29,077 bases of DNA from contig JAJZRZ010000001.1 in NCBI GenBank assembly GCA_021850085.1, forward strand, positions 1 to 29,077, given 5' to 3'. The notes under the pieces were generated by a model. The model made no database searches, was not told the origin of the DNA, and saw only the letters and a program-made list of their open reading frames with translations. This document shows positions 18,174 through 27,209 of the stretch, in pieces. Every line of letters starts with the position of its first letter. Within the stretch, counting starts at the first letter, position 1. The position numbers and the translations under genes are program-made. The DNA comes from Actinomycetes bacterium (GTDB lineage: Bacteria; Actinomycetota; Coriobacteriia; Anaerosomatales; Anaerosomataceae).

Positions 18174-19041
18174 GCGTGGACTCGGCAAAGGCCTGTCTGC
18201 TCTGATACCCGGTGCCGGTCAGGAAGTTGGCTCCGAAATCCTCGAGCTGTCCCTCGACGATATATCCCCGAACCCCCTTCAGCCGAGAACTGACATCAAC
18301 GAGGAACAGATCGCGGAACTTGCGGACTCGATTCGCAAGGTGGGCGTCCTCCAACCCATCATAGTGCGCCCTGACGGCGCCGCGTATCAGATCATTGCGG
18401 GGGAGCGCCGTTGGAGGGCTTCTAGGGCTGCAGGGTTGGAGCGGGTGCCGGTGAGGGTCATGGCCACCACCGAAACAGAGGCCCTAGCCTTGGCTCTCAT
18501 CGAGAATCTTCAGCGCGAGGACCTGAATCCCATCGAAGAAGCTCGCGGATATAAGCGCCTCATCACCGAGTACAAGATGACCCAGGCAGAACTCGCGGAT
18601 CGTGTATCCAAGTCCCGGTCGGCTGTGACCAACACCTTGAGGCTGCTCGACCTACCGGAAGACATCCAGGAGCTCCTGTATGAAGGGAAGATCACCGCTG
18701 GGCATGCGCGAGCGATTCTCTCGGTGCTGGATGACGACCGACGGCGCACTTTGTGCAAGAAGTGCGTGGACGAGGGGCTCTCTGTGCGCGAAGCGGAGAC
18801 CATAGCGAAACTCTTGGCCGCCGGGGCGCCGATCCACGGCCAGCGGATCGTGACACCGAAGTCCTACAAGATCGTCGCCCGCAGGCTGCGCCGCCTGCTC
18901 TCAACGAACGTCCGCGTCCGGCAGACTGCGAAGAAGGGCAAGATAGAAATAGACTTTCATGACGAGGATGAGCTCGAGCGTATCGTCCGCCTTCTAACCG
19001 ATGGTGGACAGGTGATGGGTGTCAAGGAGGTGGGGGTGTGA
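18166..19041 (+). CDS. parB: Chromosome partitioning protein ParB/Spo0J
   Basis: RGLGKGLSALI, NPLQPR, GVLQPI, Arg patch IAGERRWRA, ENLQREDL, HTH KSRSAVTNTLRLL. Confidence 0.97.
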   Translation: MSKRGLGKGLSALIPGAGQEVGSEILELSLDDISPNPLQPRTDINEEQIAELADSIRKVGVLQPIIVRPDGAAYQIIAGERRWRASRAAGLERVPVRVMATTETEALALALIENLQREDLNPIEEARGYKRLITEYKMTQAELADRVSKSRSAVTNTLRLLDLPEDIQELLYEGKITAGHARAILSVLDDDRRRTLCKKCVDEGLSVREAETIAKLLAAGAPIHGQRIVTPKSYKIVARRLRRLLSTNVRVRQTAKKGKIEIDFHDEDELERIVRLLTDGGQVMGVKEVGV

Positions 19042-19340
19042 GCAACAGGAGACTGGAATATTTTGTCATGGGCCTGATCGTTGGCGGTGCTCTGGGCGTG
19101 GTGGCGGGACTGCTGTTCGCGCCCGACAGCGGCATTCGGACCAGGCAGAGGCTTGCGTCCGGTGCGATCCGGGTCGCTGACGCCGCCCGGATGATGGCCG
19201 AGAGGGCCGAATCCGCAGCAGAAGGCCTTGGCGTTCGGATCGATCACTATCTGGGTCGAGACGAGGAGATGGCCTGGAAGAAGGTCCAGGAGATTCGCGA
19301 GGGCGTCCAGCGCTACTCGCGGACCGTCATCTCATCTTGA
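19038..19340 (+). CDS. YtxH-domain small membrane-anchored protein
   Basis: FVMGLIVGGALGVVAGLLFAPDSGxxTR is the YtxH-type signature; GTGA overlap with parB. Confidence 0.75.
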   Translation: MSNRRLEYFVMGLIVGGALGVVAGLLFAPDSGIRTRQRLASGAIRVADAARMMAERAESAAEGLGVRIDHYLGRDEEMAWKKVQEIREGVQRYSRTVISS

Positions 19341-19362
19341 TGTCAGTGTGTCCGAGTACGAT

Positions 19363-19384
19363 CCTCCCGTGACATGACGGGAGG
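19363..19384 (+). promoter_or_regulatory. Hairpin covering the Shine-Dalgarno sequence of the addB-like gene
   Basis: CCTCCCGT-GACATG-ACGGGAGG, an 8-bp stem whose 3' arm contains GGAGG; ATG at 19388. Confidence 0.45.
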
Positions 19385-19387
19385 GCA

Positions 19388-22270
19388 ATGACGCTGCGAG
19401 TCTTCATAGGCTGCGCGAACTCAGGGAAGACAGATGCGGTCGTGCAGGAGATTCGAAGCACGACAGCAGACCGTCGCTCGGCCCTCCTGCTGCTGCCATC
19501 TCAGCCAGAGGTGGCCAGAGCGACACTGGCCTACGCGTCCGTCGCTCCCGTGGGGCTCAGAGTCGCCACACTTGACGAATTCATGGACGAGATCTGGCAA
19601 GGGTTCGGCGACGGCCGTGAGATCATCAGCCCTGTCCAGCGGATCACACTCATAGAGGAAGCTGGCACAAACTGGCAACCCTCGTCCTTCATACTGTCAT
19701 CGGCCCACGGAACGCTCGCCCTGCTAGGCAGGCTTGTTGAGCGTGCTGCGGAGTCGCCTCGCGGTCCCGACCCAAACAGCCTGCCCGAGGGAACCGCACG
19801 CGACATGGCGGCTCTTGTCGAGCGGTACCAGGCGCTGCTGGACGCATCAGGTCTGGTTGAAAGGTCCGAGGCCCATCGCGAGATAACAGATACCATAAGT
19901 CGTCTCAGGCTCCCCGACCTCATCGCTGCGGACGGGTTCACCGGCTTCACGCGGGCGCAGGAGAAGTTCCTCGTGCGGGCTGCCGATAGGACCGCGGTGC
20001 TGGCCACTCTCCCTTACTGCGCCGGCGCACCGGCCACCGAGGGAGCGAGCGGCGTTCTCGCGCGCCTTGCGGCCGTGGGCAGCGTCAAGATCATAGAGGA
20101 CGACGGCGCTGGGTCATCGCCCACGGAACTGGCCCGCCTCGCGCGCCACCTGGGCTCGGTTGGCACTGATGCCGTGTCACCCGGTGGCGCGCTCGTCCTG
20201 TCGGAGGCGTGGGGGGGTCGGGCCGAGGCTGCCCGGATCGCGCGAGACGTGCAGGACGCACTTGAGGCGGGAATCGAGCCTTCGTCGATTGCGGTCGTGT
20301 TCCGCGAGGTGGCTCCGCACCTGCACGGTCTGCGTGCTGAGCTGCGAGACGCAGGCGTGGAGGCCGAGTATGATGCCCGCATCCGGTTCGGCGCGACGGA
20401 ACTCGGGCGCGTTCTGCTCGCCTTGCTTCGGATCGAGACTCTTCCTCACGCCGCGCTGATGGATGCGTTACGCTCGCCGTATGGTCCGAGTCCGGATCAT
20501 GTGCTGGACGAGTTCGACGAACATGTCCGGCGCCGCAGTTCCATCACGGCCCGCGCGGCGTTGGCCTGGTTCGCCCGAATGCATCCTCCGACCGCGAGGT
20601 TCCTGCGGGACGTTCAGCGCGCGCATGATGCTCCTGCAGGCGACGTGGAGCGCGCATGGTTCGGACTCGTGTCGCAGATGTTGCGGATGGGACGTTCGAC
20701 CAACGGCGGGGGCGACGAGCTCGCGATCGATGCGGCCGCTGCTCGGGTGTTCTTCGATGCGCTGAGCAGCCTTCGCGCCGCAGGAGCGGGCCGGATCGAG
20801 CCGGATCGGTTCGCGGATGTCCTCCGCCACGCGCACGTTGCCCTGAGCTCGACGGACGATCCAGCGCGGGTGCAGGTGATGGAAGCCGAGCGTGCTCGTG
20901 GCAGACGCTTCCGTTGTGTCATCCTCGGGGGCCTGACGGCCGGAGAGTTCCCCCGGACGGCAGCCGAGGACGCACTGAGCGACGCTGAAGTGGTGGAAGC
21001 CTTCTCCGAGTCAGGGATCGATCTTTCACCACGGGCTACGCTCGGGGACGAGCGCCTTCTCTTCTACCAGGTCGTGACGCGGGCCACCGAGCGGCTCGTC
21101 TTGAGCCGACGGACGCATGACGAACAGGGGCGGTCCCTGCGACCGTCGATCTTCGTCGAGGAGGTTCTCGACCTGTATCGGGACCCCGTCACGCGGGAGG
21201 GCTTTGCCGGTCTGCCGCCCGTAAGGACGCTCGGTCCCGGGTGCGCCGCCGAGCATCCGGACGGGCCACGCTCGGGCCGCAGGACTCTCCGGGCCGAGCG
21301 TGGGCGAAGGGGGCACGCGGACAGCGCGATCGGGCGCACTGGCGTCCTCAGGGCTCGTCCGCGTCCGGGGCGACTCTCCGAGACGGCTCTCAGGCTTGTG
21401 GCTGGCAGAGAGGTCTTCTCGGCAAGCGAGATCGAGACGTATTTGCAGTGCCCCTTCCGGTGGTGCGTGCAGCAGCTCGTGAGACCGAAGGAGATCGACG
21501 GGCGATTCGACCACGCGGCCACGGGCAGGCTCGCCCATGAGATCCTGTACCGCTTCTACGAGGCGTTCGCGGTTCGAGCCGGCGTGACGCGCGTCGACTC
21601 GGAAACCCTTGACAGAGCACTTCAGATCCATGACGAAGTTGCAGACTTATGTATCAAAGCATTCTCCGGCCTGACCGCAGCCGAGGCGATGGCCTGCAGG
21701 GCCGTGACGCGCAAGACACGCTCTCTCGTGGAGGCGGATGCCACGCTGCTTCCCGGTTTCGCCCCGGTCCGGCACGAGTGGTCCTTTGGGGTCGGGGGGG
21801 ACGACCATGCCGAGGCTTTTGACGGATTCTCTCTTGCCGGCCGGGTCGATCGTGTCGACTCAGATGGACAGCGCCTCGTTCTCACCGACTATAAGTCGGG
21901 CGATGTCGGCGCCGAGCACGGCTTCGTACGTTTCGAGTGCGCGGGTGTCGTGCAGCTCCCACTGTACGCCGCAGTCGCATCGCGCCGGTTCGGACTTCCC
22001 GTCGCCGCCGGAGTGTACCGCTCGCTCAAAGGAGGGAAGCCTCGTGGCTTCGTGGGGACCGACCTAGCGTCTTCGGCCTTTGTGAGGACCGATGTCGTCG
22101 CGGATGCCGATGCGATGGCGGCGCTCGTCGCCGACAGCATCTCCCGCGCCGGTAACGCGGTGGAACGGCTCCGCTCGGGAGATATCTCGGCCCAACCGCG
22201 TGGTGCGACATGCCCGCCGTACTGCGCCGCTCGCGCTTTCTGCGATGGCTGGAGGCCCGGACGTGGCTGA
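19388..22270 (+). CDS. addB: AddB/RexB-like subunit (inactive helicase fold plus PD-(D/E)XK nuclease)
   Basis: N-terminal GCANSGKT, GGLTAGEFP, ERLLFYQVVTRA, nuclease GRVDRVD...DYKSG...QLPLY, and Cys set CPF plus CPPYCAARAFC. Coupled to a UvrD-type helicase gene. Confidence 0.88.
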   Translation: MTLRVFIGCANSGKTDAVVQEIRSTTADRRSALLLLPSQPEVARATLAYASVAPVGLRVATLDEFMDEIWQGFGDGREIISPVQRITLIEEAGTNWQPSSFILSSAHGTLALLGRLVERAAESPRGPDPNSLPEGTARDMAALVERYQALLDASGLVERSEAHREITDTISRLRLPDLIAADGFTGFTRAQEKFLVRAADRTAVLATLPYCAGAPATEGASGVLARLAAVGSVKIIEDDGAGSSPTELARLARHLGSVGTDAVSPGGALVLSEAWGGRAEAARIARDVQDALEAGIEPSSIAVVFREVAPHLHGLRAELRDAGVEAEYDARIRFGATELGRVLLALLRIETLPHAALMDALRSPYGPSPDHVLDEFDEHVRRRSSITARAALAWFARMHPPTARFLRDVQRAHDAPAGDVERAWFGLVSQMLRMGRSTNGGGDELAIDAAAARVFFDALSSLRAAGAGRIEPDRFADVLRHAHVALSSTDDPARVQVMEAERARGRRFRCVILGGLTAGEFPRTAAEDALSDAEVVEAFSESGIDLSPRATLGDERLLFYQVVTRATERLVLSRRTHDEQGRSLRPSIFVEEVLDLYRDPVTREGFAGLPPVRTLGPGCAAEHPDGPRSGRRTLRAERGRRGHADSAIGRTGVLRARPRPGRLSETALRLVAGREVFSASEIETYLQCPFRWCVQQLVRPKEIDGRFDHAATGRLAHEILYRFYEAFAVRAGVTRVDSETLDRALQIHDEVADLCIKAFSGLTAAEAMACRAVTRKTRSLVEADATLLPGFAPVRHEWSFGVGGDDHAEAFDGFSLAGRVDRVDSDGQRLVLTDYKSGDVGAEHGFVRFECAGVVQLPLYAAVASRRFGLPVAAGVYRSLKGGKPRGFVGTDLASSAFVRTDVVADADAMAALVADSISRAGNAVERLRSGDISAQPRGATCPPYCAARAFCDGWRPGRG

Positions 22271-25200
22271 TCTAGACCCTCGCCAGGAGCTTGCGGTCGA
22301 TCTTGGCCCGACGGACGTGTTCGTGGCGGCCGGCGCGGGGTCTGGCAAGACCCGTGTGCTCAGCGCGCGGTTCGTGAGCGCCGTCCTTGGCCGCGGGCCC
22401 TGCGAGGCGTGCCAGTCCGAACAGCTCGTTGCCGTCACGTTCACCGAGAAGGCCGCAGGCGAGCTCGCCGAACGCATCCGGGGAGCTCTGGCCGCCGCTG
22501 GGGAACCCGCGGCGGCCCGGTCGGTGGGCGAGGCGTGGATATCGACCATTCACGGCATGTGCTCCCGCATTCTGCGGCGGCACGCACTCACGCTGGGCCT
22601 TGACCCACGCTTCCGAGTGTTGGATGAGATCGAGGCGTCCGTGCTCGAAACGCAGGCGCTCGAAGACGTCGTTCGCGATCGGCTTACCGACGAGGCATTC
22701 TCGGCGCTTCTCGGGGTCTACCGGTTTCCGGACGTGACGAACGCCGCCAAGGGGCTGAGCGACACGATGCGTTCGCTTGACCGGGCACTGAACTCGATCG
22801 GCAGAGTCTCGCGCGCCGAGGCCAGGGGAGAGGTGGCCCGCGCGCTGCAGGAGCTGCGAGACCTCGCCGGGGAGTTCTCTCAGCTGCGCCGCATCGCGAC
22901 CGTGGATCACGATCACGCCGCCGTGCGTGCGCTGCTCGAAGCGGCTGAGCACGAAGCAGCCAGTGGGTGCGAAATCGCCTCATGCGAACGGCTGCTCGAG
23001 GCCGCAATCTCCTGTCGGCTCAAGCGGCTGCGATCCGTTGAGGGCCTGAGCGAACTGGTGGACGCGTGCGAAGCGCAGATCGAACGATTGACGCAAGCCG
23101 CCGCACAGATGACCGTCGGTTGCCACGAGGAGACGTTCTTGGCCTTCGCCGCGGCTTACGACGATCGGTACCGGCGGCTCAAAGAGGCGGCCGGGGCCGT
23201 GGATTTCGAGGATCTGCAGCTGCTGACGGTCCGTTTGCTGGAGTCGCGCCCTGATGTGGCCGAGCGCTACCGGCGCCACTTCGCGATGCTCATGCTGGAC
23301 GAGTTCCAGGACACCAATGAGTTGCAGATGCGCATCATCGGGATGTTGTCTCGCGGGAATCTGTGCACGGTGGGCGACGAGAACCAGTCCATCTACTCGT
23401 TCCGGCACGCCGATGTCGAGATCTTCCGGCAGCGAGAGCGTGCGGCGACCGCCAGGGCGGAGCTCGACGTCAACTACCGGACGGCGGCGCCCCTGCTCGA
23501 AGGCATCAATGCGCTTTTCGCGCATCCGGCCCTGCTTGGCTCCCGCTACCTGCCACTGCGCTCGCCGGACGAGCCGCGGACCGCCGCGCGTCCGTGGCCT
23601 GGCCCCCTTGCTCGTTTCGAGACCCGCTTCATCGACGCTTCCGCCGGTGGCGACGATAGCCGGCAGGTGGAGGCCGAGCGCATTGCCGAGCGCGCCGCGG
23701 AGCTCCTCGCCGGCGGACTGGTTCCAGGCGACATCGCTATCCTGATGCGCTCGCTCGCAGGCGGCCGGGCCGCGACGGTGGAAGCGGCGCTGATCCGTCG
23801 CGGCATACCGGTTTTCACGACGAGCGGGGGATCTTTCTTCGAGCGCCCCGAAGTCGTCGAAGCTCGCGCCCTGCTGCGGAGCATCGCGAACGTACGGGAC
23901 GACTCCGCTGTCGCCGTCGTGCTCGCAAGCAGGCTCACGGGGCTGGGCGCCGATGGGCTTGTGCGGCTGCGCGCGCACGCGGACGAGATCGCACGGGAGC
24001 GCGGGTGTGGCGCGCGGGAGGTGCGCCTATGGGAGGCCGCGACAAGTCCGACTCTCGACTTGTGCGCGGATGACCTTGCGGCGGTGGGCAGGACGGTGCA
24101 CGCGATCGAGCAGGCGCGCGACCGCCGTGGCGCGGCGGTCCTGTCGGAAGCCGTGCTGGAGCCGTTGCTCGCGCTCGATTTCGATCTGGTGTTGTTCGCC
24201 CTGGGACGCCGCGGGCAGCGCGCGTGGGCGAACATACTCAAGCTGGCACGCATCGCCGGTGAGTACGAATCGGCCACAGGTGGGGCACTCGCGTCTTTCC
24301 TCGAGTACCTTGATCTGCGCGAGATGCATGCGTCCAGCGAGCAGGAGGCGACGCTTGACGGCGAATCCGGAGCCGTTCGGGTGATGAGCATCCACGCCTC
24401 GAAGGGGCTCGAGTTCCCCGCGGTGATCGTCGCCGGTCTCGCGGCCCCGCATGAGCGCGGTCCGTTCGTGCTCGCCCGCGACCAGGGCGCTCCCGTGCTC
24501 GGGATGACTCTCCCGCGGCCCGGCGGGTCCGTCCATACGATGGGCTCCGCCAGAGCCCTCAACGCCGCCACGTCGGCTGCGGAGGCTGAAGCGGCGAGGT
24601 TGCTGTACGTCGCGTGCACGAGGGCCGAGGAGTGTCTGACGATCATCGCGCGCACCAAGGCGGACAAGGAGGCGGGACGGGGGCTCGGCGACCTCGTCCG
24701 GCGGGCGCTCGGCATGGGGGAGGCGGGCGCTGCGCGCGCGGAGGGCGTCCGTGTGGGTTCCGCCACGATCGAGGTCACGATAGCCGCGGCGACCCTCCCG
24801 GAGCGCGTGGAAGAGCCTGAGACGTCCGCACCCGAGGAGGCGCAGACGCGGGGCACGCACTCCGCGCCAGTGACGCCCGCCCGAGGGCACTCCGGGACGC
24901 GCAGGCACGGCGTTCCACCCCGCATCTCATACACAGGCCTTGCCACCTATGGGCGTTGTCCGCTCAGGTTCCATCTCACCTCGCAGGTCCGGCTTCCGGC
25001 GCCTCCAGCCGCCCAACAAGGAGAAGCGCTGGTCTTCGGCCGTGCCGTCCACGCGGTACTCGAGCGGTGCGTCACGCCGGGCCACGACGTGGATGTGATC
25101 GTCGCCGAGGCAGCACGCGCTGCAACTCTCGACGAAAGCGCCCAAGGACGCCTCCGCGCCGCGGTCGACACGTTCTTGTCGTCGGAGGTGGCGCGTGAGA

Positions 25201-25649
25201 TCCGCGCCTCGCAGCGGGTGCTGCCCGAGGCCCGCATCGCGGTGCCGCTGTACGGTACGGTGCTCGCGGGTGCCATAGACCTGCTCGCGTGGCGTGGCGA
25301 TCACGCAATGGTGGTCGACTACAAGACGGGGACGGAGCCGCTCGCCCTCGACGCGGCCGAGGAGCGGTACCGGCTGCAGGGCGAATGCTATGCGCTCGCT
25401 ACGTTTCGTGCCGGCGCTTCGAGCGTGCGGGTCGTGTTCGCCGAGCTTGAGCGCGGGCGCGAGGTCTCGTACTCCTACGACCGCGACGACGCGAGGTCGT
25501 TGGAGGAGCGCGTCGCGGGCATCGTTGCACGCATGGCCGAGGACGGCTTCGACGCCCACGCGACCTACGAAGCGCAGCTGTGCGAGACGTGTCCCGGCTT
25601 GGGGAGCTTGTGTCCGGTCACTCGGCCGAAACGCGATGCCGCTGGGTGA
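22263..25649 (+). CDS. addA: AddA/RexA-like UvrD-family helicase-nuclease
   Basis: AGAGSGKT, VTFTEKAAGEL, STIHG, LDEFQDTN, VGDENQSIYSFRHA, NYRT, SIHASKGLEF, LLYVACTRA, nuclease GAIDLL...VDYKTG. Start GTG 22263 overlaps the addB stop. Confidence 0.92.
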   Translation: MADLDPRQELAVDLGPTDVFVAAGAGSGKTRVLSARFVSAVLGRGPCEACQSEQLVAVTFTEKAAGELAERIRGALAAAGEPAAARSVGEAWISTIHGMCSRILRRHALTLGLDPRFRVLDEIEASVLETQALEDVVRDRLTDEAFSALLGVYRFPDVTNAAKGLSDTMRSLDRALNSIGRVSRAEARGEVARALQELRDLAGEFSQLRRIATVDHDHAAVRALLEAAEHEAASGCEIASCERLLEAAISCRLKRLRSVEGLSELVDACEAQIERLTQAAAQMTVGCHEETFLAFAAAYDDRYRRLKEAAGAVDFEDLQLLTVRLLESRPDVAERYRRHFAMLMLDEFQDTNELQMRIIGMLSRGNLCTVGDENQSIYSFRHADVEIFRQRERAATARAELDVNYRTAAPLLEGINALFAHPALLGSRYLPLRSPDEPRTAARPWPGPLARFETRFIDASAGGDDSRQVEAERIAERAAELLAGGLVPGDIAILMRSLAGGRAATVEAALIRRGIPVFTTSGGSFFERPEVVEARALLRSIANVRDDSAVAVVLASRLTGLGADGLVRLRAHADEIARERGCGAREVRLWEAATSPTLDLCADDLAAVGRTVHAIEQARDRRGAAVLSEAVLEPLLALDFDLVLFALGRRGQRAWANILKLARIAGEYESATGGALASFLEYLDLREMHASSEQEATLDGESGAVRVMSIHASKGLEFPAVIVAGLAAPHERGPFVLARDQGAPVLGMTLPRPGGSVHTMGSARALNAATSAAEAEAARLLYVACTRAEECLTIIARTKADKEAGRGLGDLVRRALGMGEAGAARAEGVRVGSATIEVTIAAATLPERVEEPETSAPEEAQTRGTHSAPVTPARGHSGTRRHGVPPRISYTGLATYGRCPLRFHLTSQVRLPAPPAAQQGEALVFGRAVHAVLERCVTPGHDVDVIVAEAARAATLDESAQGRLRAAVDTFLSSEVAREIRASQRVLPEARIAVPLYGTVLAGAIDLLAWRGDHAMVVDYKTGTEPLALDAAEERYRLQGECYALATFRAGASSVRVVFAELERGREVSYSYDRDDARSLEERVAGIVARMAEDGFDAHATYEAQLCETCPGLGSLCPVTRPKRDAAG

Positions 25650-26661
25650 GCTGCCCACACGCGGCGTCGATGTCGGTCCCACGCTCGGTGCGCACCGAAG
25701 TCTCGACACCTGCGGCCTCGAGCGCAGCGGCTACCTGCGCGATCCGCGGGTCGCCCGGCCGTGACGCCTTGGTGCCGGCCACCGGATTCACCGGGATGAG
25801 GTTCACGTGCGACATCCAGCCGCGGGCGAACGCCACGAGGGCCGCGATCTCCTCAGGCGTGTCGTTCTCGCCGGCGATGAGCGCGTACTCCAGGGTGGGC
25901 CTGCGGCCGGTGCGGTGCGTGTAGTCGATCAGCGTGGACTTGAGCTCCTCAAGCGGCCACCGCTTCACGCCCGGCATGAGGCGGTCGCGCGTGGCCTGGA
26001 CAGCCGAGTGTAGCGAGGCGGCAAGCGTGAATTGTTCAGGTTCGGTCGCGAGCCGCCGGATGCCTGGTATGACGCCGCAGGTGGAGACCGTCAGGTGTCG
26101 CGCACGGATCCCGAGCCCGTCCGGCGCGTTCATGAGCCGCAACCCGCCGAGGGTGGCGTCGTAGTTCTGGAACGGCTCCCCCTGGCCCATGGCAACCGCG
26201 TTCGATGCGCGCAAGCCGAAATCCCGCGCGGTCAATGCCACCTGCCAAGTCATCTCGCCGGGCAGGAGGTCACGCGTGAAGCCGCCGCGCCCGGTGGCAC
26301 AGAACGCACACCCCATCGGACAGCCGGCCTGGGTGCTGAAGCACACCGTGAGGCGATCACCGGAGGGTATACCCACGCTCTCGACGGTCACGCCGTCAGC
26401 GAACCGCCACAGGTACTTCCTGGTGCCGTCTGAGGATCGCTGCACCTCCAAGGCGTCAGGCTGATTGAGGGTGTAGGAATTCGCGAGGTTCTCTCGAAGC
26501 GAGGCGGGCAGGTCCGTCATCCCCGCGAAGTCCGGGGCGAGGCGGCCGTAGAGCCATGCCATGAGTTGCCTGCGGCGGAAGGAGGGCTGGCCAAGCGCTG
26601 TGAGCGCTTCAGCCAGCCCCGCCGGGTCGAGCGATGCTATGTCGGTCGGAGCTTCAGCCAC
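25618..26661 (-). CDS. rlmN: Dual-specificity RNA methyltransferase RlmN (radical SAM)
   Basis: DGTRKYL, CFSTQAGCPMGCAFCATG (CxxxCxxC), MGQGEP, TVSTCG, SLH, NLIPVN, RGTDIDAACGQL. Start GTG 26661. Confidence 0.95.
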   Translation of the reverse strand: MAEAPTDIASLDPAGLAEALTALGQPSFRRRQLMAWLYGRLAPDFAGMTDLPASLRENLANSYTLNQPDALEVQRSSDGTRKYLWRFADGVTVESVGIPSGDRLTVCFSTQAGCPMGCAFCATGRGGFTRDLLPGEMTWQVALTARDFGLRASNAVAMGQGEPFQNYDATLGGLRLMNAPDGLGIRARHLTVSTCGVIPGIRRLATEPEQFTLAASLHSAVQATRDRLMPGVKRWPLEELKSTLIDYTHRTGRRPTLEYALIAGENDTPEEIAALVAFARGWMSHVNLIPVNPVAGTKASRPGDPRIAQVAAALEAAGVETSVRTERGTDIDAACGQLTQRHRVSAE

Positions 26662-27157
26662 CCTGCCCCTGGACCTTCCGGTAGCCGTCCCGGTGCTTGC
26701 GCTCGAAGCCGCCCACGCTTTGGAAGTAGAACGCGACCTCGGGGAAGCCCTCCTCTTCGGCGACGCGAGCGAACTCGGGATACATCGACACGAACTCGTA
26801 GTCCTCACCCTCGGCCGCCGCTGTCAGGTTCTGGGCAGTATCCCCGTACGCGGACATGTACGCGAGATGGCCGAGAGCGTGAGCCGTCTCCTCCTCCGCC
26901 GCCAGATCGAAAGCGGCCTTGGCCTCCACATCACCCTCCAGTCCGGCGATGCGCGAGAACAGCGCGTAACGCCTGTTGGCCTGCGACTCTCCGGCGAACG
27001 CGGCCTGCAGATTGGCAAGCGTCCGGGTGCCGCTCAGGTCCTGAGGCTTTTCATGCGGTGCGAACAAGGACCGTGGCGCGCCGCAGACAGGACAGCTCTC
27101 CGGTGCCGGTCCCACGTGCAGGTACCCGCACCCCTTACACCGATACAGCTCGACCAT
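26654..27157 (-). CDS. Reverse rubrerythrin (N-terminal rubredoxin-like domain plus di-iron ferritin-like domain)
   Basis: CKGCGY...CPVCGA, then AFAGESQA, EETAH, EGEDYE and ERKH di-iron ligands. Start ATG 27157. Confidence 0.92.
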   Translation of the reverse strand: MVELYRCKGCGYLHVGPAPESCPVCGAPRSLFAPHEKPQDLSGTRTLANLQAAFAGESQANRRYALFSRIAGLEGDVEAKAAFDLAAEEETAHALGHLAYMSAYGDTAQNLTAAAEGEDYEFVSMYPEFARVAEEEGFPEVAFYFQSVGGFERKHRDGYRKVQGQGG

Positions 27158-27209
27158 GCTCTCTCCTCTCCGCGGACCCGGCTGGTCCGGCACACTGGTT
27201 AATGTGGGG

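Noticed and set aside
22272-25709. Long minus-strand ORFs (for example 22980-23978 and 23546-24946) opposite addA
   Set aside because: Antisense shadows of a roughly 70% GC gene, with no recognisable domains.
25618-26661. Possible Cfr resistance methyltransferase
   Set aside because: Motifs and chromosomal housekeeping context fit RlmN, and there is no mobile-element context. A phylogeny would be needed to exclude Cfr formally.
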